From Christensenellales bacterium (GTDB lineage: Bacteria; Bacillota; Clostridia; Christensenellales; CAG-138): a stretch of DNA of 64,000 bases. Of the stretch, positions 36,141 to 45,619 are shown in pieces. Below the pieces are notes generated by a model. The model ran no database searches. It saw nothing but the letters and a program-made list of their open reading frames with translations, and was not told the origin of the DNA. The stretch covers positions 68,264-132,263 of the forward strand of contig JBGULC010000044.1 in the NCBI GenBank assembly GCA_045114775.1. The letters are read 5' to 3'. Positions within the stretch are counted from its first letter, which is position 1; each line of letters begins with the position of its first letter. The translations under genes and the position numbers were made by a program.

Positions 36141-37068
36141 ATAGGTGATCATGCAGCCACGGCAGCACGCGCGCGGCGTAGGCATCCGGATTCGTCATGG
36201 CGGCTTCGGCATGGACCGCGCCGGGCGAGGTCCAAAGATCCTTGTCCTGCGCCGCACAGGCGTCGTAGAGCTTCTGCATCATGGAGTACGGCACGAAGTC
36301 GTCCTTTTCCCCGTGAACGAACAGCGTCGGCGTTACGGAGCGCGTCACCGCCGTGATCGGCGACATATCGCTGTAACGGACCCCCGCAAACAGCCGTGCG
36401 ATCGGCGCGCCAAGTGCTCTTGCGATCGGGAGTATTCCCTTCATCGTGGAGCGGAATTCCTCCTTTGCGGAGGTAAACGAGCAGTCCGAGACGGCGCATT
36501 TCACCTGTTCGGGAAGCGTCTTTCCCGTGGCGCAGAGCACCGTCGCCGCGCCCATGGAAACGCCCATCAGCGCGATCGAAAGGTCTTCGCCGTACCGCTT
36601 GAGAAGCAGCCGGATCCAGTCGATCAGGTCGTCCGATTCCTTGGCGCCGTAGGTCAGATACTTGCCCTCGCTGTCGCCCTGCGCGCGCTGCGAAACGGCA
36701 AGCACCGCATAACCCGCGTCATAGACGAGGTCGAAGGCTTTGCCGAGGTCCCAGTACGGGCGGCTGTGCCAGCCGTGCATCTGCACGACGACCTTCTTCG
36801 TTCCGCCGTTCGGAAAGAACCGCGCCGAGAGCTTCAACCCGTCGCGCGAGGTCATGGTGAGCGTCTCATAGGGCAGACGGTCCATATAGTCCTTCGTGTC
36901 CCAACGCATGCGTACGAGCGGCGAAGGATCGCGCCGCCGATCGGCAAACATCTTCTCCACTGCCTTGCGGCTTGCGCCGAACGCGAACAGGAAAATATAG
37001 AACGCAACGCCGATCACGACGAGCGCAAGGGCGACGAGTACGATGAGTACGATCCAATACCAATGCAT
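36139..37068 (-). CDS. Membrane-anchored alpha/beta hydrolase (paralog 1)
   Basis: N-terminal TM segment, nucleophile elbow GVSMGA. Starts 4 nt after the giant ORF stop. Confidence 0.8.
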   Translation of the reverse strand: MHWYWIVLIVLVALALVVIGVAFYIFLFAFGASRKAVEKMFADRRRDPSPLVRMRWDTKDYMDRLPYETLTMTSRDGLKLSARFFPNGGTKKVVVQMHGWHSRPYWDLGKAFDLVYDAGYAVLAVSQRAQGDSEGKYLTYGAKESDDLIDWIRLLLKRYGEDLSIALMGVSMGAATVLCATGKTLPEQVKCAVSDCSFTSAKEEFRSTMKGILPIARALGAPIARLFAGVRYSDMSPITAVTRSVTPTLFVHGEKDDFVPYSMMQKLYDACAAQDKDLWTSPGAVHAEAAMTNPDAYAARVLPWLHDHL

Positions 37069-37072
37069 ACGC

Positions 37073-40000
37073 TTACCTGTTCATTCTCCAAATGCTCTGC
37101 CGCTCCGCAGGCCGTTTCGCCGGTACGGGCTGCGCTTCTATGCGCCGCGGTCCTCCGCGAAGGAACGCCGGTTCCGGGAGCGAGTCGGGGGGCGGTTCCG
37201 GAGGATTGCCATCCTGCGTGAGGTCGGCAGAATCTGGGGTCGGGTCGGGGGTCTCGTCCTCTTTCGGGGATTCGGCCGGGTCGGTGGTCTCGTCCTCTTT
37301 CGGGGATTCGACCGGGTCGGTGGTCTCGCTTTCTGTCAGAGTTTCGATCTGTTCGGAGATCTCTCCCTCCGTCGGCTGATCGCCGGCACCTCCCTCGTCA
37401 GAGGGAGGTTGAATCGAAGGCACGGTCGAAGTATCTGTCTCGACTACTGCTCCTTCTCCTACCTCTGAGCTCCCCTTGTCAGGGGAGCTGTCAGCTTCTG
37501 CTGACTGAGGGGTAGTTTCGACTGTGACGGTCGTAAACGAAGCCTCCGGGTTCTCCATCTCTGTCGGGGATTCTTCCGGTTCGGGAATCTCTCCCTCCGT
37601 CGGCTGATCGCAGACATCTCCCTCGTCTAAGGGTAGTTGCGTGCTTGCGTCGGATTCCGGGGTCTCTCCCTCCGTCGGCTGGTCGTCGATGACACATCCT
37701 TCGACCGGAGGCTGATCGGTAGCATCCCCATCGGATGATTCGTCGCAGGACGTCGTTTCCGTATTGTCGAGCGTTTCCTGCTCTGCATCGGAATCTTCGG
37801 GCTGCTTCTCCAAGGCCTCTGCAGCCGCGCGTTCCGCCGTCGAATCAAGACGAATGCCGCGCAGCAGGAACGTCGGGATCGGGAACGAGATCGGCACCTC
37901 CTCGATCGGAAACGCTTTGTGTTCCTCTGCCGTCGGCGATTCTGCAGGAGGTTCTTCTTCCGTCAGCGCTTCGACCGGGTCGGGGGGTTCTTCTTCCGTC
38001 AGAGCTTCGATCGGTTCGTGGGACTCTCCTTCCGTCAGGGCTTCGGTCTGTTCTGAGGTCTCTCCCTCCGTCGGCTGTTCGCCGACACCTCCCTCGTCAG
38101 AGGGAGGTTGCGTGCTTGCGTCGGATTCCGGGATTTTTCCCTCCGTCGGCTGTTCGTCGACACCTCCTTCATCAAAGGGAGGTTGAATCGAAGGATCAGT
38201 CGAAGTATCTGTCTCGCGTACTGCTACTTCTCCAACGTCCGAGCGCCCCTTGTCAGGGGAATTGTCAGCTTCTGCTGACTGAGGGGTAGTTCCGTCGGTG
38301 ACGGTCGTAAACGAAGCCTCCGGGTTCTCCCTCTCCGTCGGGGATTCGTCCGGTTCCGGGATCTCTCCCTCCGTCGGCTGATCGCAGATAATACTGTCTT
38401 CAGCAACGGGCTGAACCGCGTCGCTTTCGTCGGCAGCGGGCTGAATTGCGGCGCTTTCTTTGGCAGCAGGCTGAGCCGCGGCGCTCTCGTCAACTATGGT
38501 TTGAACCGCTGTGCTTTCGTCGGCAGCGGGCTGAATTGCGGCGACGCTGTCGGCGAGCGTTTCCGGGACGATTTCCGATTCCGGCATTATTTCTTTGAAC
38601 GAAACTTCCGGTATGGGATCCCTGTCGTGCTTCGCTTCGCCGGCGATTGCGGAGATCGCCGCTGCAGAAGCCGGTATGACAGTCGAGGTAGGCTCGTCAA
38701 AGCCGTTGACGTAATGCAAAAGGGAAACGCCGTCCCGAAGCGTATGCGAAGCCTCGGATCCGTGCGACGAATCGGATCCTTTGAAGGAAGACGGTTCGAC
38801 CGTTTTGCGCAAACCGGATTCCGAAACCGTCCGCACAACAAAGGTTCTTTCCGCGGCAGGCGCCGCGGGTTTTGCCGGTTCATGTTCCGTCTTCGGACGC
38901 GGCATGACCGTTCGCACGACAGCGGGCCGCTCCGAAGATCTCGGTTCGGCGAAACGGGCGCTTTCCGGTTTTGTGGCAACCGGCTCGACAGGCCGTCTGA
39001 ACACGACGGTCTCGTCGCTCGTACGCGCGGCGGGTCTTTCAAATGCGGGTGCTTCCGCCGTCGGTCTGCGGAACTCGCCGGTATTGCCCTTCGGTCTCGG
39101 CGTGACCGGTTCGGCGGGCCGTCTGAACGCTGCGTCTTCCGTCGGACGCGCGGCGGGTCTTTCAAATGCGGCTGCTTCCGCTGTCGGTCTGCGGAATTCG
39201 CCGGTGTTGCCCTTCGGTCTCGGCGTAACAGGTTCGGCGGGACGCCGGAATGTTGCGGTCTCCTCCGCGGATCGCGCCGCGGGTCTTCCCGATTCGGATG
39301 CTTCCGCAGTCGGTCTGCGGAATTCGCCGGTGTTGCCCTTCGGTCTCGGCGTAACAGGTTCAGTACGCCGCGCCGCGGGTCTTGCAAATTCGGATGCTTC
39401 CGCTGTCGGTCTGCGGAATTCGCCGGTATCGCTCTTCGGTCTCGGCGTGACCGGTTCGGCGGGACGTACGTATGCAGCCGTTCCGGGCTTTGCCGTCAGC
39501 ATGATGCGTGTGCCGTCTGCGGTGCGCATTGAATCGGGCTTGGCAGCCGACAGGACGCGTGTGCCGTCGCCGTCGATGCGTACTGATGTATCCTGTGCGG
39601 CAGAACGTGCTGCGGGTCGCGCGCCTTCGCGCCGCATATCCTCGGCAAGGCCTCTTGCGTATAGCTCGCGCCTTGCCTTCGCCTCCTCGTCGGTCAGTTC
39701 GCCGTAGCTTCTGAGCTTGATCGGCTGTCGGTAGCCGAAGCGCTCGGTCGGCGTGTCGTTGAAAAGCGGATCGTCCGGGCGGCGTTTGGTGGCGCGAAGC
39801 GCCTTCTCCATGTCCTCCTCGAACTCGCCCGGCAGCTTGCTTCTGATCTTTCTTTCGAACGCGTAAAGCACGATACACACGATCGCGCAGAACGCCGCGA
39901 CGCCGAGCGTGATCACGGTGATGAGCTTCAGGATCCCGCGATACTTCGCGTCGAGATCCTGCATATAGGGATTGGTGGTAACGACGTAGACCGGATCGGT

Positions 40001-41443
40001 CTTGCGGTCGACCTGATCGCGGAACGGCGTCGTATCGACGGTGACCGTCTGTGAGCTGTGCGTCTGTCCCGCCGGATCCTCTGCGTCGACGCGGAAGCAG
40101 AGCTTGCCGACGCCGTCGATCTGATAGGTCTGCGTAAAATAGGTATCGCCGCGCAAAAGCTCCGGATAGGACACGACCTCATGGAACAGGGTCGTTTCGG
40201 TCAGTACGGCTTTTTTGAGCCTGATGTCGCCGTAATAGCCGATCCGGAACTGGAACGCAACACAGAGCTTGCCGTTGCCGTCGAAGTAAGGCTTCTGCGG
40301 CTCGACGCGCAGCTCGATGCGCACGCCCTCCTGCTCGATATACGGCGTCACGCGGAAGGATTCGGGATCGGTAACGGTAACGGGCTTTAGAAGCGCATCC
40401 GTTCCGGTCGCATGGAAACGCACCGTGCGGATGACGTCCGCGGCGACGCCCGGCTTCACAACATAACGGATCGATTTCGTCTGATTCGCGGGCAGATCGA
40501 AGGGATTGTCGACGAGCGTATTGATCTCATCGTAGACACGGATGTCGGTAACCGTGCGGTTGCCGTTGTTTTTAACGGTGATGATGAACTCGGTCCCCGC
40601 TTCCGTTGCCGGGAACGCCTGTGTGGAGATCGATAGATCCACTGTGACGGAACCGACGCCGATCGCCGTCTCCGCGACCGTCGTGATGTTTCTGCGCCGC
40701 GCAACGTATTCGACCGTCGGGCGGAACGTCATATCCGTCACGCCCATCGTGTAGGTCACGGGCACGACCATCGTCCGTCCCGCGGTAAGCTCGTCGCTTG
40801 TGAGCGGGATCGACTGAAGCCCCTGCTCCGGATCGTAGAGCCGAAGCCCGGTCATATCGAACAGGGTGTCGTTTTTCAGCGTGTATTCGACGGTAAACGA
40901 ATCGCCGACCCGCACGAGCTCGTTCTCGCAGAAGGCGGAAACGGTCAACTCGGGCACGATAAACCGCTCGATCACGATGTTTGCGGAGGTTTCCCTGAAA
41001 TGCGTGATCGTAACGGCTTCGCCGGTCTCGTCGTCGATGAGCGCTTCGCCCGTTTCCTCGTCAAAAGCCGGTTCATGCTCCTCCCAGGAAAGCGTATAGG
41101 TCACGGGAACGTCAAGCTGATCCTCGGCGATGGGGACGTCGGAAAGCGTGAACTCCCGCTTGCCGCCCGCAAGGACCTCGATCTTCTCGTCGAGCGCGCG
41201 TTCGACGTCTTCATAGCCGCCGGAAAGCTTTGCGTTATACAGCGTATAGTCGGATTCGGAATCGTTGAAGATCGTGAAAAGCATGTCCGGCACGGTCCCT
41301 TCGCCCTCAAGTTCGGGCATCGGATCGACCGTGATCGAAAGCGTGATCGGATGCTCGCCCTCGGCAAAGCCGCCCGCGGGGACGATCGATGCCGGGAGCA
41401 GAAGCGCCAATATGCAGATCAGGATGACAATGCGTCGTTTCAT
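37073..41443 (-). CDS. Giant single-pass membrane protein: signal peptide, four Ig-like/CARDB-like modules, TM segment, and an approximately 930-aa disordered repeat-rich tail
   Basis: 1456 aa. Signal peptide MKRRIVILICILALLL, TM segment ILKLITVITLGVAAFCAIVCIVLYAF near residue 500, tail rich in P/E/T/A/R with tandem and segmental repeats. Confidence 0.75.
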   Translation of the reverse strand: MKRRIVILICILALLLPASIVPAGGFAEGEHPITLSITVDPMPELEGEGTVPDMLFTIFNDSESDYTLYNAKLSGGYEDVERALDEKIEVLAGGKREFTLSDVPIAEDQLDVPVTYTLSWEEHEPAFDEETGEALIDDETGEAVTITHFRETSANIVIERFIVPELTVSAFCENELVRVGDSFTVEYTLKNDTLFDMTGLRLYDPEQGLQSIPLTSDELTAGRTMVVPVTYTMGVTDMTFRPTVEYVARRRNITTVAETAIGVGSVTVDLSISTQAFPATEAGTEFIITVKNNGNRTVTDIRVYDEINTLVDNPFDLPANQTKSIRYVVKPGVAADVIRTVRFHATGTDALLKPVTVTDPESFRVTPYIEQEGVRIELRVEPQKPYFDGNGKLCVAFQFRIGYYGDIRLKKAVLTETTLFHEVVSYPELLRGDTYFTQTYQIDGVGKLCFRVDAEDPAGQTHSSQTVTVDTTPFRDQVDRKTDPVYVVTTNPYMQDLDAKYRGILKLITVITLGVAAFCAIVCIVLYAFERKIRSKLPGEFEEDMEKALRATKRRPDDPLFNDTPTERFGYRQPIKLRSYGELTDEEAKARRELYARGLAEDMRREGARPAARSAAQDTSVRIDGDGTRVLSAAKPDSMRTADGTRIMLTAKPGTAAYVRPAEPVTPRPKSDTGEFRRPTAEASEFARPAARRTEPVTPRPKGNTGEFRRPTAEASESGRPAARSAEETATFRRPAEPVTPRPKGNTGEFRRPTAEAAAFERPAARPTEDAAFRRPAEPVTPRPKGNTGEFRRPTAEAPAFERPAARTSDETVVFRRPVEPVATKPESARFAEPRSSERPAVVRTVMPRPKTEHEPAKPAAPAAERTFVVRTVSESGLRKTVEPSSFKGSDSSHGSEASHTLRDGVSLLHYVNGFDEPTSTVIPASAAAISAIAGEAKHDRDPIPEVSFKEIMPESEIVPETLADSVAAIQPAADESTAVQTIVDESAAAQPAAKESAAIQPAADESDAVQPVAEDSIICDQPTEGEIPEPDESPTERENPEASFTTVTDGTTPQSAEADNSPDKGRSDVGEVAVRETDTSTDPSIQPPFDEGGVDEQPTEGKIPESDASTQPPSDEGGVGEQPTEGETSEQTEALTEGESHEPIEALTEEEPPDPVEALTEEEPPAESPTAEEHKAFPIEEVPISFPIPTFLLRGIRLDSTAERAAAEALEKQPEDSDAEQETLDNTETTSCDESSDGDATDQPPVEGCVIDDQPTEGETPESDASTQLPLDEGDVCDQPTEGEIPEPEESPTEMENPEASFTTVTVETTPQSAEADSSPDKGSSEVGEGAVVETDTSTVPSIQPPSDEGGAGDQPTEGEISEQIETLTESETTDPVESPKEDETTDPAESPKEDETPDPTPDSADLTQDGNPPEPPPDSLPEPAFLRGGPRRIEAQPVPAKRPAERQSIWRMNR
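38990..39470. repeat. In-frame tandem repeats within the giant ORF (four units, periods 123/126/96 bp)
   Basis: The core GCTTCCGCNGTCGGTCTGCGGAAYTCGCCGGT recurs at 39051, 39174, 39300 and 39396. It encodes EPVTPRPKxxTGEFRRPTAEA. Confidence 0.9.
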
Positions 41444-41461
41444 GCTTTGAATCAGGTTCCT

Positions 41462-42115
41462 TTACTCGATTTCCGCGACCGGAAATCCGAAATACTCTCC
41501 GCCTGTGGAGACAGCCGAAACGCGTCCCTCCGTGCGGTCGGAAAGTGCCTTTAAGAATGCGTCCGCTTCGGTCGTGCGGCAGCGGAACGATACCGTGATC
41601 GCCTCGCCGTAATCCGCGCTTTCGATCGCGCCGAAGCGCTCGAACACGCTCCAGGCCGCGTTCCGGTACGGATAGGCGACGCGGACCGAAAACTGCTTGC
41701 ACGGCTCCATGGAAACGAGCCCCGCGGCGTTCACCGCGTCGGCTGCCGAACGCGAATAGGCCCGCACGAGCCCGCCCGCGCCCAGCAGGATGCCGCCGAA
41801 GTAGCGGGTGGAGATCACCAGAAGATCATAGAGATCGCGCTTTTTCAGGACCTCCATCATCGGAAGTCCTGCGGTGCCCTGCGGCTCGCCGTCGTCGCTG
41901 TAACGGGCGGCGCCGCTTCTTAAACGGTAGGCGAAGCAGTTGTGCGTCGCGTCCCAGTGCTGCTTGCGGATGCGCTCAAGGATCGCAAGCGCTTCCGTTT
42001 CGTCCGTCACGGGAAAACAGCGTCCGATGAAGCGCGAACGGTTGATCACATATTCGGTTTCGGAAGCCCGTTCGACGGTGCGGTACGGTTTCATGACGGG
42101 TTCGTCCAAGCGCAT
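41462..42115 (-). CDS. yigZ: IMPACT/YigZ family protein
   Basis: NRSRFIG...HNCFAYRL...DDGEPQGTAG signature. Start at 42115 or 42094. Confidence 0.85.
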   Translation of the reverse strand: MRLDEPVMKPYRTVERASETEYVINRSRFIGRCFPVTDETEALAILERIRKQHWDATHNCFAYRLRSGAARYSDDGEPQGTAGLPMMEVLKKRDLYDLLVISTRYFGGILLGAGGLVRAYSRSAADAVNAAGLVSMEPCKQFSVRVAYPYRNAAWSVFERFGAIESADYGEAITVSFRCRTTEADAFLKALSDRTEGRVSAVSTGGEYFGFPVAEIE

Positions 42116-42156
42116 TGTCCTTTCGCGCGGTCGTTTGCGCATAATTTCTCTGATAC

Positions 42157-42185
42157 AGTATAGCAAAAGAAAACCCGTTTTGCAA
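42157..42185 (-). promoter_or_regulatory. Sigma-A-type promoter of the yigZ / giant ORF / hydrolase operon
   Basis: Minus strand TTGCAA-17 nt-TATACT. Confidence 0.55.
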
Positions 42186-42369
42186 CCGATTCGCCGCATC
42201 GTTCACGGAAAGGATGCAATTTGGACGCATCTTGCCAATGCGGCAGCGACGCGGAGCACAGCGAACCGTTCCGCAGGCGACGCGCTTCCGATCCGCTTTT
42301 CTCCGCGCAGAAGGCGCCGTTTCCGCGCCCATCGAAACGGAAGGCCTCGGGAGGGCGACTGTTTTCCGA

Positions 42370-42404
42370 AAATAGAAAAGAGCGTTCCGAAAAACGCTCT
42401 TTTC
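42370..42404 (-). terminator. Terminator after mscL
   Basis: GAAAAGAGCGTT..AACGCTCTTTTC stem-loop with flanking T-runs. Confidence 0.7.
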
Positions 42405-42418
42405 GATCGTGTGTTATC

Positions 42419-42916
42419 TTATTCCTTCGGCAGCTCGCTCGTGCAGTGCGGGCAGCGGGTCGCGTCGTCGGCAACGGGCTGCTTGCAGAACGGGCAGAGA
42501 CGCGGTTCTTTCTCGGGCTCGGCAGGCGCTTCTTCCTTCTTCTTGGCTTCCTTTGCCTTCTCCTCCGCCTTGCGGATCGCACGGATCACAAGGAAGATGC
42601 ACAGCGCGATCAGGATGAAGTAGATGATCGCGGATATGAATTTGCCGTAATGCAGGACGGAAATGCCGTTCTCCGCAAGCACTTCGGCTGCGGGATACGC
42701 GCCGTCGACCAGCAGCTCTTCCGGGACGGCCTTCATCGGGATGAACCACTTCGAGAAGTCCGCCTGGATGATGAGACCGAGCACCGGCATGATGACGTCG
42801 TTGATCAAAGACGTCACGATCGCGCCGAACGCGCCGCCGATGATGACGCCGACGGCCATGTCGACGACGTTGCCCTTCAAAGCAAACGCTTTGAATTCGG
42901 AAAAGAATTTCTTCAT
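42419..42916 (-). CDS. mscL: Large-conductance mechanosensitive channel with C-terminal zinc-ribbon extension
   Basis: MscL core ([21 protein letters not shown]), followed by a Lys/Glu-rich linker and CPFC..CPHC. Confidence 0.85.
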   Translation of the reverse strand: MKKFFSEFKAFALKGNVVDMAVGVIIGGAFGAIVTSLINDVIMPVLGLIIQADFSKWFIPMKAVPEELLVDGAYPAAEVLAENGISVLHYGKFISAIIYFILIALCIFLVIRAIRKAEEKAKEAKKKEEAPAEPEKEPRLCPFCKQPVADDATRCPHCTSELPKE

Positions 42917-43133
42917 ACAATAACCCCCTTATGGATTTACAGAATATATTATAGCACCATATTCCGAAAAGGGCAACAGGAAATTATCATTTGATACGCG
43001 GCTTTCTTGTTTCGATTCCGCTCCCAAAGGCTTTGGATCGACCGTTTTCACGATTTTTCGCTTGACGCACCGCGGATTCGATTGTAGAATATATAAAAGG
43101 TTCAGCCGTGCAGTAAGAATTCAGGAGGTCCTT

Positions 43134-43949
43134 ATGAAAAAGAAGAACAAGATCACGATTCCCAAGCAGATTTCCCTACGCAATTTCTTTGCGATCGTTC
43201 TGACGCTTATCTCCGTCTTTTGCCTTTTCTGGCCGCCGGTCGTGAAGTACTCTTCGAAGTTCCTCGAGATCAACCATAAAGCAACTGCGTCGAATTATCA
43301 GAGCAGGTATGGCTATTCCGAAGCGGACAGTCTGGAGCTGGCGGAGGTCGAAGACGTGCATACGTCGTTTTCCGTTCTGGATGCGCTCGGCAACGCGCAC
43401 AGGGACGCCGTGCAGTACGATATTTTTGAAAAAAGCACGCATAAATACCATGTAATGGGCACCTCCGCCGAGTCGACCGCGATCAGCGTCGTCGCACATT
43501 TTCTGTTTTTCGGGATCATTCTGACAGGGCTTGCAGCCTGTGTGTGTTATTTCCTGAATCTGACCAGAGCCTTAGGTATCGCCCACGCCGCGCTCTGCCT
43601 GGTCGTTCTGATTATGTGCGGTATTCAGCTTCTCTTTGTCAGAAGCGCGAAGGACGTGCTCTCCCCCACCGTCGGTATGTTTGCGCTGCCGCTTCTCGCA
43701 GCCGCCGGCTGCCTGCTCTACAAGCCCGAAATGCCCGTCAAAGAACCGGCTCCGGATCCTGTCGCGAACACGCCGAAGACTCCCGAAACGTGGATCTGCT
43801 CGAAATGCGGCATTGCAAATCCCCTGGATGAAATGTACTGCGTTTCCTGCGGTATGCCGCAATCGGCAAAGCGCACCTTCTGCTCCAATTGCGGCGCGCC
43901 TTTGAGACCCGGCGCACCGTTCTGCACGAAATGCGGCAAAAAGCAGTAA
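43134..43949 (+). CDS. Membrane protein with C-terminal double zinc ribbon
   Basis: ATG at 43134 behind CAGGAGG. About 4 TM segments. C-terminus has CSKCG..CVSCG and CSNCG..CTKCG. Confidence 0.6.
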   Translation: MKKKNKITIPKQISLRNFFAIVLTLISVFCLFWPPVVKYSSKFLEINHKATASNYQSRYGYSEADSLELAEVEDVHTSFSVLDALGNAHRDAVQYDIFEKSTHKYHVMGTSAESTAISVVAHFLFFGIILTGLAACVCYFLNLTRALGIAHAALCLVVLIMCGIQLLFVRSAKDVLSPTVGMFALPLLAAAGCLLYKPEMPVKEPAPDPVANTPKTPETWICSKCGIANPLDEMYCVSCGMPQSAKRTFCSNCGAPLRPGAPFCTKCGKKQ

Positions 43950-43976
43950 GCGCGCCGCTGCATTTCCGAAAAAAAA

Positions 43977-44012
43977 GATCCTCCGCAGGCATGCCGCGGA
44001 GGGTCTTTTATT
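43977..44012. terminator. Bidirectional terminator
   Basis: GATCCTCCGC..GCGGAGGGTC stem between an A-run and a T-run, between convergent genes. Confidence 0.7.
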
Positions 44013-44027
44013 CTCTGTATTCTTTTC

Positions 44028-44918
44028 TCATTCTCTCCTGCACGGCGGCTCGACGACGATCGCGCGGCTCTTTGCGGTGCGGACGCGGTTTTTGATCCAG
44101 CCGATTATGGAACAGATCAGAAACGCGAGCACGTGCACGGCGATGATCGCGGGTCCCGGCTGCGCGCCGATCAGCAGCGAAAGGAAGAAACCGAGCGCAA
44201 AGCAGACGAGCGAAAGCGCCGCCGCGGTGATCATGACCGCGCGGAAGCGTTTACAGACGCGCATTGCGGAAAGCGCCGGGAAGATGATGAGTCCCGATAC
44301 CATGATCGCGCCGACCATCTTCATGCCGATCACGACGGTCACGGCGGTCAGCGCCGCGAGCATCATGCTGTACGCGCCGACGCGGACGCCGGTCGCCTTT
44401 GCGAACGCGGTGTCGAACGTGACGCTGAAGATGCGCGTGTAGAAAAAGATGAACAGCGCAAGCACCACGGCGGAAACGGCTACGGTGATCCACATATCCG
44501 CGTCGGACAGCAGCGCGATCGAGCTGGTGCCGAACAGCGAGTTGCAGACGTCCTGCTGATACTTGCCGTCGGAGAGCCGGAACAGAAGCGTGCCGATCGC
44601 GATCGCGCCGGTCGAAAGCACCGCGATCGCCGCGTCGCCCTGCATTTTGTGCCGTTCTGTGAGCCACATCAGCGCGAACGCCGCTATGAGAACGATCGGC
44701 AGCGAAACCGCCATCGACGCCGCCCCCGCCTGCAGAACGGTCGCGAGCGCAAGCGCGCCGAAGCCGACGTGGCTTAGACCGTCGCCGATCATCGAATACC
44801 GCTTCAGAACGAGCGTAACGCCCAGAAGACTTGCGCAAAGCGAGACCAGCGTGCCCACGACGATCGCGCGGACGGCGATCTCGGGCATATTCTGAAAGAT
44901 GGAAACGATCTCGCTCAT
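44028..44918 (-). CDS. Metal (Zn/Mn) ABC transporter permease, ABC-3 family
   Basis: True start is MSEIVSIF at 44918 (ATGA overlap with the ATPase gene). About 8 TM segments. Znu/Adc/Tro-type. Confidence 0.85.
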   Translation of the reverse strand: MSEIVSIFQNMPEIAVRAIVVGTLVSLCASLLGVTLVLKRYSMIGDGLSHVGFGALALATVLQAGAASMAVSLPIVLIAAFALMWLTERHKMQGDAAIAVLSTGAIAIGTLLFRLSDGKYQQDVCNSLFGTSSIALLSDADMWITVAVSAVVLALFIFFYTRIFSVTFDTAFAKATGVRVGAYSMMLAALTAVTVVIGMKMVGAIMVSGLIIFPALSAMRVCKRFRAVMITAAALSLVCFALGFFLSLLIGAQPGPAIIAVHVLAFLICSIIGWIKNRVRTAKSRAIVVEPPCRRE

Positions 44919-45619
44919 ACCGGTTTCTCCTGTAAATATCTGCGTCCGATCGGACTTGTCCTGTACGCCTGCGCCGTGCCGCAAAACAGCGGATGGCAGG
45001 ATAGATGCAGAATATGCGAACAGTCGCGAACGGCCTCCTCAATGTCGTGTGAGACCATGATCACCGTCATGCCCTGCCGGTTGACGTCGTGCAAAAGCTG
45101 ATAAAACTCCGCGGTCACGACCGGGTCGAGGCCGGTCGTCGGCTCGTCGAGCACGAGAAGCTTCTTGGTCGCGCAGAGCGCGCGGGCAAGCAGAACGCGC
45201 TGCTGCTGCCCGCCCGAAAGCTCCTGATAGCTGTGCTTTTCAAGCGGCAGGATCCCGAGCATCTCCATATTCTTCCGCGCAAGCGCGCGTTCGTGTTTGC
45301 CGTAAAACGGCTTTATGCCGCGCCAGCCGATCGTGCCGGAGAGCACAACCTCGCCGACCGACGCCGGAAAATCGCGCTGGATCGCGCTCGTCTGCGGCAG
45401 ATACCCGATCTCGTTGGGCTTTAAGCCCTCGCCCATGACGATCCGGCCCGACGCGCACGGAATGAGGCCTAAAAGCGCCTTCATCAGCGTCGATTTGCCG
45501 GAGCCGTTCTCGCCGACGATGCCCCAGAACTCGCCCGCGTTCACGGAAAAGCTCACGTCGTGCGCGACGTTCGCGCCGCCGTAGGACAGGCCGACGCTTT
45601 CAAATGTCAGCAGCGCCAT
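44915..45619 (-). CDS. Metal ABC transporter ATP-binding protein
   Basis: Walker A GENGSGKST, signature LSGGQQQR, Walker B LLVLDEP. Confidence 0.9.
   Translation of the reverse strand: MALLTFESVGLSYGGANVAHDVSFSVNAGEFWGIVGENGSGKSTLMKALLGLIPCASGRIVMGEGLKPNEIGYLPQTSAIQRDFPASVGEVVLSGTIGWRGIKPFYGKHERALARKNMEMLGILPLEKHSYQELSGGQQQRVLLARALCATKKLLVLDEPTTGLDPVVTAEFYQLLHDVNRQGMTVIMVSHDIEEAVRDCSHILHLSCHPLFCGTAQAYRTSPIGRRYLQEKPV

Noticed and set aside
38990-39470. Tandem repeats considered as a non-coding satellite.
   Set aside because: The periods are multiples of 3, and the repeats stay in the frame of the 1456-aa ORF with a consistent peptide repeat.
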